The notes under the pieces: model-generated
What the model saw: the letters and a program-made list of their open reading frames with translations, nothing else
Databases searched by the model: none
Told to the model about the DNA's origin: nothing
Shown: positions 9,745 to 18,877 of the stretch, in pieces
Layout of the letters: each line of letters opens with the position of its first letter
Position numbering within the stretch: the stretch's first letter is position 1
Made by a program: the position numbers and the translations under genes
DNA from: Pseudomonadota bacterium
GTDB taxonomy: Bacteria > Pseudomonadota > Gammaproteobacteria > CAMYNG01
DNA: 25,495 bases
Assembly (NCBI GenBank): GCA_020347585.1
Contig: CP070733.1
Coordinates: 1,528,236 to 1,553,730 of the forward strand
Reading direction: 5' to 3'

Positions 9745-9774
9745 AAAAGCAAAAGGCAGCCCATAAGGACTGCC
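9745..9774 (-). terminator. Terminator-like hairpin in the argD leader
   Basis: Minus strand GGCAGTCC-ttat-GGGCTGCC (8 bp including one G-U pair that exists only on this strand) followed by TTTTGCTTTT, ending 24 nt before the argD start. Confidence 0.55.
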
Positions 9775-9787
9775 CACTGGGGTGATT

Positions 9788-9816
9788 ATTTTAGAGAGTT
9801 AGGCGCGATCGGGCAA
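9788..9816 (-). promoter_or_regulatory. Putative sigma70 promoter for argD-argF
   Basis: Minus strand TTGCCC (9816-9811), 17 bp, TAAAAT (9793-9788). Confidence 0.55.
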
Positions 9817-9835
9817 ATTCAAAAGCGATGCCGTG

Positions 9836-9865
9836 AAAAGAAAAACCCGGCGCTTGGCGCCGGGT
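9836..9865 (-). terminator. Intrinsic terminator after the PuuD-like gene
   Basis: Minus strand ACCCGGCGC-caa-GCGCCGGGT followed by TTTTCTTTT. Confidence 0.8.
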
Positions 9866-9894
9866 CTTCCGGAACAGCGCGGTTGCGCCCGGTG

Positions 9895-10413
9895 TTAGAA
9901 CGGCAGACCGTGGCCGTGCGCGACCATGCACATCAGCATCGGGATTGACAGCATGGTGTTGGTGCGAGAGGCGAGGAATGCGACCCGCTTGGCCTTGGCC
10001 TTCTCGTCGTCGGTGGCTTCGACCATGCCCAGCAGCTTCTTCTGGTTGGGCCAGATTAGCACCCAGACATTGAACAGCATGATGGTGCCAAGCCAGGCGC
10101 CGATGCCGATCACGGTCATGGGTTGTTGCAGCGTAAATGCAATGATAACGCCGCTACCCTCGAGATTGGCAGAACGTGCAATCGCCTCCAGGGCGCCTGC
10201 ACCCGTAACCCAGGTGACCACAGCGGCCCAACGGAACCACAACAGGGCGCGCGGCGCAACGTACTTGCTTATCGCAGCCGGGCCGGGGCCGTCCTTATCG
10301 GCAGCGGCTGCCGCGACAGCAGGCACTTGCACGAAGTTGAAGTAGTAAAGCAGACCGATCCAGGCGACGCCGGCCAATGCGTGGAACCATACTTCCAAAG
10401 ACCAGAGATTCAT
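9895..10413 (-). CDS. Membrane protein of the PuuD/DUF989 (urate oxidase N-terminal) family, lacking the cytochrome c domain
   Basis: WFHALAGVAWIGLLYYFNFVQVP, ALLWFRWAA, FNVWVLIWPNQKK and SRTNTMLSIPML. GGGGAA SD before ATG 10413. Confidence 0.8.
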   Translation of the reverse strand: MNLWSLEVWFHALAGVAWIGLLYYFNFVQVPAVAAAAADKDGPGPAAISKYVAPRALLWFRWAAVVTWVTGAGALEAIARSANLEGSGVIIAFTLQQPMTVIGIGAWLGTIMLFNVWVLIWPNQKKLLGMVEATDDEKAKAKRVAFLASRTNTMLSIPMLMCMVAHGHGLPF

Positions 10414-10487
10414 AATATTCCCCAAATTGCTGATATGTTTCGAATCGAATGATGATGCAAGGGAGTTATTCCCTGCGTCGTCAGTTT

Positions 10488-10565
10488 TTAGAGGATCACC
10501 GCGATGACGATGGCGATGACGAAACCGGCCGCGATGGTTCCGGCGATTGAATCAAGCGGGTTCAT
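10488..10565 (-). CDS. 25-aa single-TM peptide MNPLDSIAGTIAAGFVIAIVIAVIL
   Basis: ATG 10565 with GGGAGAG SD 5 nt upstream, TAA at 10490-10488. Hydrophobic helix with GC-rich third codon positions. Co-oriented upstream of the PuuD-like gene. Confidence 0.65.
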   Translation of the reverse strand: MNPLDSIAGTIAAGFVIAIVIAVIL

Positions 10566-10735
10566 TGCACTCTCCCATGTTGATTGTTGAAAGATTTCGG
10601 AAGACTTATACACGAGTATTTTACTATGGTATTTCCGAGATTGGCACCCCGTGCATGCGAAAAATCGGGTGCTACCTTGCCATTGTTGGCCGCGTGCTAC
10701 AATGCCGGGTCTGCGCCGCGACCACTCTTCTTCCC

Positions 10736-12301
10736 ATGGACCCGGTTGAACTGAGCATATTCTCCAGCCGCATCGCCGCGGTCTGCGACGAAATGGGTGC
10801 CGTGCTGCAGCGCACTGCGTTCTCCCCCAATATCCGCGATCGCCTCGATTTTTCCTGCGCCGTCTTCGACGCAAGCGGCGAACTGTGCGCACAGGCGGCG
10901 CATATCCCGGTGCACCTGGGCAGCATGGCGTACGCTATGGCGGCCTTGGTTGGCCGGTTCAGCTGGACGCCGGGCGACATGATGATCGTGAACGACCCGT
11001 TTCTTGGGGGGACCCACCTGCCAGACATCACGGTGGTGGCGCCGGTATTTGTCGGCGAGGAACTGGTGGGTTTCGTCGCCAACCGTGCCCATCACGCCGA
11101 TGTCGGGGCGCACAGCCCCGGCTCCATGCCGCTTTCGGGCTCGCTGGAGGAGGAGGGCATCGTCATTCCGCCGACGCTGCTGGTAAAGAGCGGCGTGGTG
11201 GATGAGGCGCTGCTCGATGCCATGGTGGGGCGCACGCGCAGCGCGATCGAGGGACGCGGGGATTTCGCCGCCCAGATGAGCGCCAATCGCAGCGGTGTGC
11301 GACGGTTGGGCGAACTGGTCACTACCTTGGGCATCGAGAGTTACCGCGCCGCGCTGGATGAATTGAACGACTATGCTGAGCGCCTGGCGCGCTCGGCGCT
11401 GGCGGCCATCCCGGACGGCACCTACCGGTTTCGAGACGTGATGGACGACGACGGCCTTGGCAATCGCGACATTGCCATCGAGGTGGCCATCAGCGCTACG
11501 GGCGGCGGGGTGCACGTGGACTTTGCCGGTACCGCGCCGCAGACCGCCGGCAATATCAACTGCCCGCTGTCGGTGGCCGCGGCCGGTGTCTACTACGTGT
11601 TCCGCTGCCTGATGCCGGCGCACACGCCCGCCTGCGCCGGGAGCTTTCGCTCCATCACCCTGAGCGTACCGGAGGGTTCGCTACTCAATGCCCGGCGCCC
11701 TGCCGCGGTGGCGGCGGGCAACGTAGAGACCAGCACCCGCATTGTGGATGCGGTAACGGGCGCGCTGGCTAGTGCGCTGGCCGAAGTTATCCCCGCGGCC
11801 AGCCATGGCAGCATGAACAACCTGGCGATGGGTGGGAGTGAGCCGGCAACCTGGGATTACTACGAAACCATGGGGGGGGGTATGGGCGCCGGTGCGCGGG
11901 GCGGTGGATTGAGCGCCTTGCAGACCCACATGACCAACACCCTGAACACGCCCATCGAGGTACTCGAGGGCCGTTTCCCGGTGCGGGTGAGGCGTTATGC
12001 GCTGCGCGACGATTCGGGCGGCGCGGGCCGGCGCCGTGGCGGCGATGGCCTGGTGCGCGAGTTCGAGTTCCTCGCGCCGGCGACTGTCACGCTGCTCACC
12101 GAGCGGCGCACCCACGCGCCCTGGGGGCTGCAGGGTGGAGGTCCGGGCGCGCCGGGGGAAAACCTGCTCAACGGGACGGTGTTGCCGGGCAAGGCGAGTC
12201 GCGAAGTGGGAGCCGGCGATGTGCTGACCGTCAAGACACCCGGTGGCGGGGGATGGGGAACGCCCCCGGACGGAGGTGAGGAACTAGGGACCAGGGACTA
12301 G
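10736..12301 (+). CDS. Hydantoinase B / 5-oxoprolinase beta-type subunit
   Basis: DEMGAVLQRTAFSPNIRDRLDFSCAVFD, AAHIPVHLGSM, NDPFLGGTHLPD, YYETMGGG and HMTNTLNTPIE. Extended -10 TGcTACAAT at 10695-10703. Confidence 0.92.
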   Translation: MDPVELSIFSSRIAAVCDEMGAVLQRTAFSPNIRDRLDFSCAVFDASGELCAQAAHIPVHLGSMAYAMAALVGRFSWTPGDMMIVNDPFLGGTHLPDITVVAPVFVGEELVGFVANRAHHADVGAHSPGSMPLSGSLEEEGIVIPPTLLVKSGVVDEALLDAMVGRTRSAIEGRGDFAAQMSANRSGVRRLGELVTTLGIESYRAALDELNDYAERLARSALAAIPDGTYRFRDVMDDDGLGNRDIAIEVAISATGGGVHVDFAGTAPQTAGNINCPLSVAAAGVYYVFRCLMPAHTPACAGSFRSITLSVPEGSLLNARRPAAVAAGNVETSTRIVDAVTGALASALAEVIPAASHGSMNNLAMGGSEPATWDYYETMGGGMGAGARGGGLSALQTHMTNTLNTPIEVLEGRFPVRVRRYALRDDSGGAGRRRGGDGLVREFEFLAPATVTLLTERRTHAPWGLQGGGPGAPGENLLNGTVLPGKASREVGAGDVLTVKTPGGGGWGTPPDGGEELGTRD

Positions 12302-12444
12302 ACGAGGAACGAGGAATTAGGGGCTAGGAATCGAGAGCACCATGAATCGTGAAATCGAAGCTTGCGCTAGCCTCCATACCGAGGACCTTTCCTATAGTGC
12401 GTTTGTCGTTCTTCCTCGTCCCTCGTCCCTCGTACCTCACCCCT
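12275..12444. repeat. Inverted pair of degenerate heptamer arrays (NNNNAGG)n ... (CCTNNNN)n
   Basis: Left arm GGTGAGG AACTAGG GACCAGG GACTA GACGAGG AACGAGG AATTAGG GGCTAGG (12275-12328). Right arm CCTCGTC CCTCGTC CCTCGTA CCTCACC CCT (12414-12444). Confidence 0.75.
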
Positions 12445-12453
12445 GAAAAAAGA

Positions 12454-14235
12454 ATGTGTGGCATATGCGGTGAACTTAGGATCGATGGCGCTGCGGCGGA
12501 CCTCACCGCGGTAAACGCGATGCTGCCCGAGATCGCACGGCGCGGGCCCGATGCCTATGGCACTTGGCAGGAGGGTGCCGCGGCCTTTGGCCATCGCCGC
12601 CTCGCGATCATTGACCTGTCCGATCGCTCGGCACAGCCGATGGTGGACGAGCGCCTCGGTCTGGTACTGGTCTTTAACGGTGGTATCTATAACTACCCGG
12701 AATTGCGCGCCGAGCTGATTCGCGCCGGCTACGAGTTTTTCAGCGACGGTGATACCGAGGTCATCCTCAAGGCTTACGCTCACTGGGGCGAGGCGTGCGT
12801 CGAGCGCCTGCACGGCATGTTCGCCTTCGCGCTGTGGGACCGCACCCGCAGGCATCTGTTCCTGGCGCGCGATCGCATGGGTATCAAGCCGCTCTACTAC
12901 GCGCACACGCCCGGACAGTTTCGCTTTGCTTCCAACGTTCAGGCGCTGCTGGCGGCGGGAGATGTGGATACCGCTATCGACCCGGTGGGCCTGCACCATC
13001 AGCTGACGCTGCACGCGGTGATTCCGGCACCTCACACCATCCTCCAGGGGGTACGCAAGCTGGCGCCCGGCCATTGCATGCGCATCGATGCCGAGGGGCG
13101 CAGCGAAGCCCGTTGCTACTGGCAGCTCTCGGCAATGCGGCCCCCGCAGCCGCGCAGCAAGGCGGAGTGGATCGACGCGGTGCACGATGCGTTGCGCGAG
13201 GCAGTGCGTAAGCGCCTGATGATTGCCGACGTGAAGGTGGGGGTGCTGCTCTCGGGTGGACTGGATTCAAGTCTGCTGGTCGCGTTGCTGGCCGAGGCGG
13301 GTGTCGAAGACCTGATGACATTTTCCATTGGTTTCGAGGACATCGCTGACGAGCGCGGCAGCGAGTTCGAGTTTTCCGACCAGATCGTGACGCGCTACGG
13401 GACGCGGCACCACAAGATCCACATTGCCAACGAGCAGGTTCTTGAACGGCTGCCCGAGGCGATCGACAGCATGTCCGAGCCGATGGTCGGGCAGGACGCC
13501 GTGGCCTTTTATTTGCTCGCCGAACGCGTTGCCCGGGAAATCAAGGTGGTGCAGAGTGGCCAGGGTGCGGACGAGGTCTTTGGCGGGTATTTCTGGTATC
13601 CGCAGATGCATGAGGATACTCATGGGCCGCCCGAGACGCGCTTCGGGCGCTATTACTTCGACCGACCACATGCCGAGTACCTTGAGGCCGTGGTGCCTGC
13701 ATATCACGGCGAGGATCACACGGCGGTGCTGGTGGCCGAGCGTCTGGGGCGCCCCGGCGCCGACGAGTTTATCGACCAGGTGCTGCGCTTTGACGTGACC
13801 ACTCTGGTCGTCGATGACCCGGTAAAGCGCGTAGACAACATGACCATGGCATGGGGCTTGGAGGCGCGCGTTCCGTTTCTCGATCACCACCTGGTGGAGT
13901 TGGCGGCTGCTATGCCGCCGGAACTGAAATTGAGCTCCGGGGGCAAGCATGTATTAAAACGGATTGCGCGCGGCCTGTTGCCCGATGCCATCATCGATCG
14001 GCCCAAGGGGTACTTCCCCATGCCGGCGCTCAAGTACGTGCGGGGGGAATTCCTGGACTTTATGGCCAGCATTCTCACCTCAGAGGCCTGTCGCCGCCGC
14101 GGGCTGTTCCAGCGCGCCTATGTCGACAAGCTGCTGGCGGCCCCGGAGAAACACTTCACGGCGCTCAGGGGCAGCAAACTGTGGCACCTGGCCTTGCTGG
14201 AACTATGGCTGCAGCGCAATGTCGACCGGCATTGA
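12454..14235 (+). CDS. Asparagine-synthase-family glutamine amidotransferase, N-acetylglutaminylglutamine amidotransferase-like
   Basis: Ntn start MCGICG, GHRRLAIIDL, LLSGGLDSS, VVQSGQGADEVFGGYFWYP, DDPVKRVDNMTMAWGLEARVPFLDH and KGYFPMPALKY. Confidence 0.88.
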   Translation: MCGICGELRIDGAAADLTAVNAMLPEIARRGPDAYGTWQEGAAAFGHRRLAIIDLSDRSAQPMVDERLGLVLVFNGGIYNYPELRAELIRAGYEFFSDGDTEVILKAYAHWGEACVERLHGMFAFALWDRTRRHLFLARDRMGIKPLYYAHTPGQFRFASNVQALLAAGDVDTAIDPVGLHHQLTLHAVIPAPHTILQGVRKLAPGHCMRIDAEGRSEARCYWQLSAMRPPQPRSKAEWIDAVHDALREAVRKRLMIADVKVGVLLSGGLDSSLLVALLAEAGVEDLMTFSIGFEDIADERGSEFEFSDQIVTRYGTRHHKIHIANEQVLERLPEAIDSMSEPMVGQDAVAFYLLAERVAREIKVVQSGQGADEVFGGYFWYPQMHEDTHGPPETRFGRYYFDRPHAEYLEAVVPAYHGEDHTAVLVAERLGRPGADEFIDQVLRFDVTTLVVDDPVKRVDNMTMAWGLEARVPFLDHHLVELAAAMPPELKLSSGGKHVLKRIARGLLPDAIIDRPKGYFPMPALKYVRGEFLDFMASILTSEACRRRGLFQRAYVDKLLAAPEKHFTALRGSKLWHLALLELWLQRNVDRH

Positions 14236-14373
14236 GATGAGCGATGGCGGCCCTCACACCGAGGACAGATGCTTGCAATTCCGAAGCTAATTCCTTAGCA
14301 TTTCACTTAGGTATTCGACTGGTCAGCTGGCCGGGCGACGTCATATAAGCCATAAGTTTTATAGGGTGATTTT

Positions 14374-14703
14374 ATGGATGTAATGGAGCGGATCAAAGGC
14401 CAGGTTGACAGCAACCCGGTGGTGATTTTCATGAAGGGCACGCCGCAGATCCCACAGTGCGGCTTCTCCATGCGCACAGCGCAGGCGCTGCAGTCCTGCG
14501 GCGAGGATTTCGCCTACGTCAACGTGCTGGCCGACCCCGAGATTTTCGAGAACCTCCCACGCTTTGCCGATTGGCCGACTTTCCCGCAGGTGTATATCAA
14601 TGGTGAACTGGTCGGTGGTTGCGACATTACCCTGGAGCTTTACCAGAAGGGTGAACTGCAGCAGATGGTCAAGGACGCGGCCGGCAAGGCCCAGGCTTCC
14701 TGA
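14374..14703 (+). CDS. grxD: Monothiol glutaredoxin Grx4
   Basis: FMKGTP..PQCGFS, WPTFPQVYINGELVGGCDI. Confidence 0.96.
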   Translation: MDVMERIKGQVDSNPVVIFMKGTPQIPQCGFSMRTAQALQSCGEDFAYVNVLADPEIFENLPRFADWPTFPQVYINGELVGGCDITLELYQKGELQQMVKDAAGKAQAS

Positions 14704-14724
14704 ACAACGCCGCAAGCGATACGC

Positions 14725-14756
14725 AAAGCCCGGGCATCTGCCCGGGCTTTGTTTTT
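14725..14756. terminator. Probably bidirectional terminator between convergent grxD and rnt
   Basis: AAAGCCCGGGCA-tc-TGCCCGGGCTTT followed by GTTTTT. Confidence 0.8.
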
Positions 14757-14764
14757 GTGTGCCG

Positions 14765-15391
14765 CTACCTTCCGCGGGGCTTCTGCGAGCGCAAGGCGCT
14801 ATCCCAGTGGTTGACGATGGTGCAAAACAGGGCCGCGGTACGTTCGGCGTCGTAAACAGCGGAATGAGCTTCCGACTCTTTCCATTCCAGCCCGGCCGCG
14901 CGCACCGCGCGCGCCAGCACCGTCTGGCCGTAGGCCAGTCCACCGAGCGTGGCGGTGTCGAAGGTGCTGAAGGCGTGAAACGGATTGCGCTTATCGAGGC
15001 GGGTGCGCTCCACCGCTGCTTTGATAAAACCGAGGTCAAAAAACGGATTGTGCCCCACCAGGATCGCACGGCTGCAGCCATGCTGATCCAGTAGTTGCTG
15101 CACCGGGTCGAAGATGTGCTCGAGCGCATCGCGTTCCGGCCGCGCGAGACGAAACGGGTGATGCGGGTCAATGCCGTTGAATGCCAGGGCGCGCTCGTCG
15201 AGGTTGGCGCCCGGAAACGGCTGCACGTGGCTCGCAATCGGCTCGAGAGTCTGCAGGCGCCCGGCGTCATCCATGATTACCGGGATGGCGGCGATTTCCA
15301 GCAGCGCGTCGGTTCGGGCGTCGAAGCCCCCGGTTTCCACGTCCACTACGACCGGAAGAAACCCGCGGAATCGTCTTGCTATCGCGTCCAT
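14765..15391 (-). CDS. rnt: Ribonuclease T
   Basis: [52 protein letters not shown] and HSAVYDAE. Confidence 0.96.
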   Translation of the reverse strand: MDAIARRFRGFLPVVVDVETGGFDARTDALLEIAAIPVIMDDAGRLQTLEPIASHVQPFPGANLDERALAFNGIDPHHPFRLARPERDALEHIFDPVQQLLDQHGCSRAILVGHNPFFDLGFIKAAVERTRLDKRNPFHAFSTFDTATLGGLAYGQTVLARAVRAAGLEWKESEAHSAVYDAERTAALFCTIVNHWDSALRSQKPRGR

Positions 15392-15497
15392 TACGCTTGG
15401 GCGTTTGCTATTCGGGCGCTCAGGATAAACAATGGACGCACAAAATGCGATTGACGGCGGCGCGCAATGTGCGGGCCGCTATGGCTTTTGAGGATCT

Positions 15498-16397
15498 GTG
15501 ATGATGCGATTGACGCGTCAGCTGCGCCTGATTGCCGCGGTTGCGCTGTGCGTGCTGCCCGGTGCGTGGGTGCTGCAGCAGGCGTATGCGGCGCCGACGG
15601 CGCAGGTTGGAATCCTGTGGGAGGTTTCGTCAGCCGGCAAGCCGACCAGTTACCTGATGGGCACCGTGCACTCAGACGACCCGCGTGTGCTGGATCTGCC
15701 AGGTACGGTGCGCGATGCGTTCGCCGGCGCAGACAGCTTTACCGCCGAAATCGACATGACCCCGCAGGCCATGGTGACCATTTCGGGCGCAATGTTCTTC
15801 CAGGACCAGACTGAACTGTCCAAAGTTATCGGCAAGGATCTTTACGCGAAGTGTACCCGCCTGCTGGCCGAGTACGGCTTGCCGGAGCCTGTGGTGCGCA
15901 AGATCAAACCGTGGGCAGTTGTGGTTACGCTGAGCACGCCGAAATCGACAAGCGGCCTGTTTCTTGACCAGGTGCTTTACACGCAGTTCGTGGCGGGCGG
16001 CAAGCCCGTGTACGGGTTGGAAACGGTAGAGGAACAGGTCAATTACTTTGACGGTCTGCCCATGCGACACCAGGTCAGTATGCTGCGTGAGACCGTGCGT
16101 CATCACAAGGACTATTCGCACCTCACCGAGCAAATGATCAACGCTTGGCTTGACCGTGATCTCAGCGCGCTGGAACGCCTCAACGACGACTAATTGGAAC
16201 AGAGCGACCCCGAGATCGCCGAACTGTTCACGCGGCGGTTCATCGTCGAACGCAATCGCTTGATGCTTGAGCGCATGCAGCCGCGACTGCGCGAGGGCAA
16301 TGCCTTTATCGCCGTTGGCGCATTGCATCTGCCGGGAGAGCAGGGACTGCTGCGTTTGCTGGAGCGCCGGGGTTACCGGGTAAAGGCAATTTACTGA
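15498..16397 (+). pseudogene. TraB/GumN (TIKI-like) family exported protein interrupted by an in-frame TAA at 16191-16193
   Basis: Signal peptide, SYLMGTVH and GLETVEEQ lie before the stop. The same frame continues to IVERN...FIAVGALHLPGEQGLL..L...GY.V and TGA at 16395-16397, giving 299 codons in total. Confidence 0.85.
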
Positions 16398-16418
16398 TCC
16401 GTGAGTCGTGGCGGCGCC

Positions 16419-17453
16419 TCAAGGCGCAAGTTGCCACTGAATTGTCTCACCGGCACGCAACGGCACAATCACCTCGTCGCCGAACGGCAGTTGTGCCGGA
16501 ACCTCCCACGGCTCGTTCATCAGCGTCACGGTGTCGGTGTTGCGCGGCGCACCGTAGAAATCCGCGCCGAAATGCGCGGCAAATCCTTCCAGCCGTTCCA
16601 GCGCATTCGCCTGCGCGAACGCCTCGGCGTACAGTTCCAGCGCGCCGTGTGCACTGTAGATCCCGGCACAGCCGCAGGCGCTTTCCTTGGCGCCGCGCGC
16701 ATGGGGTGCGCTGTCGGTGCCGAGAAAGAACTTCGGATTGCCGCTGATGGCCGCCTCGAGCAGTGCGCGGCGGTGAGTTTCGCGCTTTAGCACCGGCAGA
16801 CAGTAATAGTGCGGGCGCATGCCGCCGCGGAACATGGCACCGCGGTTGTACAGCAGGTGGTGCGGCGTGATGGTGGCGGCGACACTGGTCGGTGCGTCCA
16901 ACACGAAATCAACCGCTTGCCGGGTGGTGATGTGTTCGAACACGATCTTCAGGTCCGGGAAGCGCTGCAGCAGCGGCGCCAGTACGCGCTCGATGAAAAC
17001 TGCCTCGCGATCGAAGATGTCCACTTCCGGATCGGTCACCTCGCCGTGTACCAGCAGCGGCATGCCCAGTACCTCGAGCCGTTCCAGGGTGGCAAAAGTG
17101 CGACTTATTTCGGTGACACCCTCTTCCGAATGAGTGGTGGCCCCCGCGGGATAGTACTTCACCGCGTAAACCGCGCCGCTCTGGTGGGCGCGTGCGATCT
17201 CTTCCGGCGTGGTCGTATCGGTGAGATACAGCGTCATCAGGGGGTCGAACTGGACGTCCCCTGGTACGGCCGCCAATATGCGCTCGCGATATTCAAGCGC
17301 CTGCGCGGTGGTGGTCACCGGCGGTTTGAGGTTGGGCATGATGATGGCCCGCGCAAAACGCCGCGCTGTCGCCGGTACCACAGCCTGCAGCGCTGCGCCG
17401 TCGCGCACGTGCAAGTGCCAGTCATCCGGGCGTGTAATCGTTATCTGGTCCAC
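16419..17453 (-). CDS. pyrC: Dihydroorotase (homodimeric type)
   Basis: [39 protein letters not shown] and [13 protein letters not shown] start. Confidence 0.97.
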   Translation of the reverse strand: MDQITITRPDDWHLHVRDGAALQAVVPATARRFARAIIMPNLKPPVTTTAQALEYRERILAAVPGDVQFDPLMTLYLTDTTTPEEIARAHQSGAVYAVKYYPAGATTHSEEGVTEISRTFATLERLEVLGMPLLVHGEVTDPEVDIFDREAVFIERVLAPLLQRFPDLKIVFEHITTRQAVDFVLDAPTSVAATITPHHLLYNRGAMFRGGMRPHYYCLPVLKRETHRRALLEAAISGNPKFFLGTDSAPHARGAKESACGCAGIYSAHGALELYAEAFAQANALERLEGFAAHFGADFYGAPRNTDTVTLMNEPWEVPAQLPFGDEVIVPLRAGETIQWQLAP

Positions 17454-17489
17454 AGGGTTGTTGAGTTTTGGTTGCGGGTGAGGGGAGTC

Positions 17490-17498
17490 ATTATGCCA
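17490..17498 (-). promoter_or_regulatory. Possible extended -10 promoter for pyrC
   Basis: Minus strand TGgCATAAT, about 37 nt upstream of the GTG start. No good -35. Confidence 0.35.
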
Positions 17499-17557
17499 CG
17501 GAGTGTGACGCCTGCGCAGTTTGCCCTTGTCGCCGGGAACCGGGTTACCATAGTCGT

Positions 17558-18058
17558 GTGAATACGGGATTTCGCACGGTGGTTCAGCGACTGGTGGTGC
17601 GTGCGGCGCCGGCCTCGGTGCTGGCCGTTGGAACCGACTGCGCCATGTTCGACGCGTACCTAGCCGACCACCCGCAATGCCGGTTTGAGTGTATTCGCGA
17701 CAGCGACATCATCGCACGGATAGACGAATGTGCGATGGTCGATCTGGCTCTGGTATCCGGCGTGTTGGAGCGTCTGGACAAGCAAGTGGCCGGCATGCTT
17801 GTCGCACGCTTACGTGACCTTCACGCGCGCCATGTCCTCATTGCAGTGCCGATAGGGCCGCATTGGTCGGGGCATCGCTCCCATTGGGAACCGACGGATC
17901 TGATCGCTTTGGGCATGGTGCGCATCGGACGTTTCGGTAGTGCCGAGCGGCCCCTGCATCTCTACACTTACGATCTGCACGACTATAAGCCGACCCCCGA
18001 CTGGCTCAACGCGCGTCACTGGGCCAACCCCGAACTGTTCGACAAATTCTGGTGGTAG
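17558..18058 (+). CDS. Conserved hypothetical protein, DUF6231-like (start uncertain)
   Basis: C-terminal [32 protein letters not shown] is characteristic of this gammaproteobacterial family as I recall it. GTG at 17558 avoids overlap with the pyrC promoter. Confidence 0.75.
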   Translation: MNTGFRTVVQRLVVRAAPASVLAVGTDCAMFDAYLADHPQCRFECIRDSDIIARIDECAMVDLALVSGVLERLDKQVAGMLVARLRDLHARHVLIAVPIGPHWSGHRSHWEPTDLIALGMVRIGRFGSAERPLHLYTYDLHDYKPTPDWLNARHWANPELFDKFWW

Positions 18059-18092
18059 CCTCGGCCGCCGGCACGGAGCGCACGGCGGTGCT

Positions 18093-18836
18093 TCAGGGAT
18101 GGCCAACGAGCAGACTTAGCGGCCAGCATACCTGTTGTCGATTCTCAGGTTCGCCCCAGGCGGATTCCAGTTCGCTGCGGACCAGCGCCACGGCGTGCTG
18201 CTGAGTCGCGCGGGCAAAACGCGCGCCTGCTGACCAGGTGGACAAGTAGCCAACTAGGGCATCAAGTGTCCAACGCTGTGCCATGAAGAACTCTGGCGTC
18301 TTGAGCCGTCGAAACGGAAACGCCAGGCTTTGGTAGGCCGTATCAATGTGCCGCCGCTCCGTGGGCCAGTACTCCCCAAGCACATCGCGGTACAAATGCA
18401 GGATCACCGCATCGACAGCCGGCGTTACCGTGCATAGTCCGTAACACCACGCCGCCAGTACACCGCCCGGACGCAAGACCTGCCGCACCCCGTCATAAAA
18501 TTCGTCCAGCCGATACCAGTGCAGCGCCTGTGCGACCGTCACCAGGTCTACTGTGCCAGTACCGATTGCCGCTTGCTCCGAGCGCATCACCGCATAGTGC
18601 ACGCCCTTGTCTGCGCGCGCCCGTGACACCTGGCTGAAGCTGGCGTCTGTCGCTACCACGTGTTCAAAGTGCACGGCGAGCGCGACGGCTGCCTGACCGT
18701 TGCCCGTGCCGGCATCCCACGCGAGACTATGGTGCGCGCAGTTCGAAGCGAGCCAGCGGAACAGTTCTTTGGGGTAGGCGGGGCGGTAGCGTGCGTAGGG
18801 TTCGGCGAGCGGCGAAAAATGATCGTCAAATGCCAT
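18093..18836 (-). CDS. Class I SAM-dependent methyltransferase
   Basis: DHFS..A..YARYRP.YP..LF, AWDAGTGNGQAA, DLVTVAQALHW and LRPGGVLAAWCY. Confidence 0.92.
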   Translation of the reverse strand: MAFDDHFSPLAEPYARYRPAYPKELFRWLASNCAHHSLAWDAGTGNGQAAVALAVHFEHVVATDASFSQVSRARADKGVHYAVMRSEQAAIGTGTVDLVTVAQALHWYRLDEFYDGVRQVLRPGGVLAAWCYGLCTVTPAVDAVILHLYRDVLGEYWPTERRHIDTAYQSLAFPFRRLKTPEFFMAQRWTLDALVGYLSTWSAGARFARATQQHAVALVRSELESAWGEPENRQQVCWPLSLLVGHP

Positions 18837-18877
18837 TCGACGCATTATGCGCGAAGCGGGCGCGCGGCGCAGCCAGT

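Noticed and set aside
10641-10660. Sigma54 promoter at TGGCAC upstream of hydantoinase B
   Set aside because: The -12 TTGC element is absent at the required spacing.
17454-17495. Enteric-type CTP-sensitive start-site switching at pyrC (start region TCCCC)
   Set aside because: There is no SD and no complementary G-run to form the SD-sequestering hairpin that mechanism needs.
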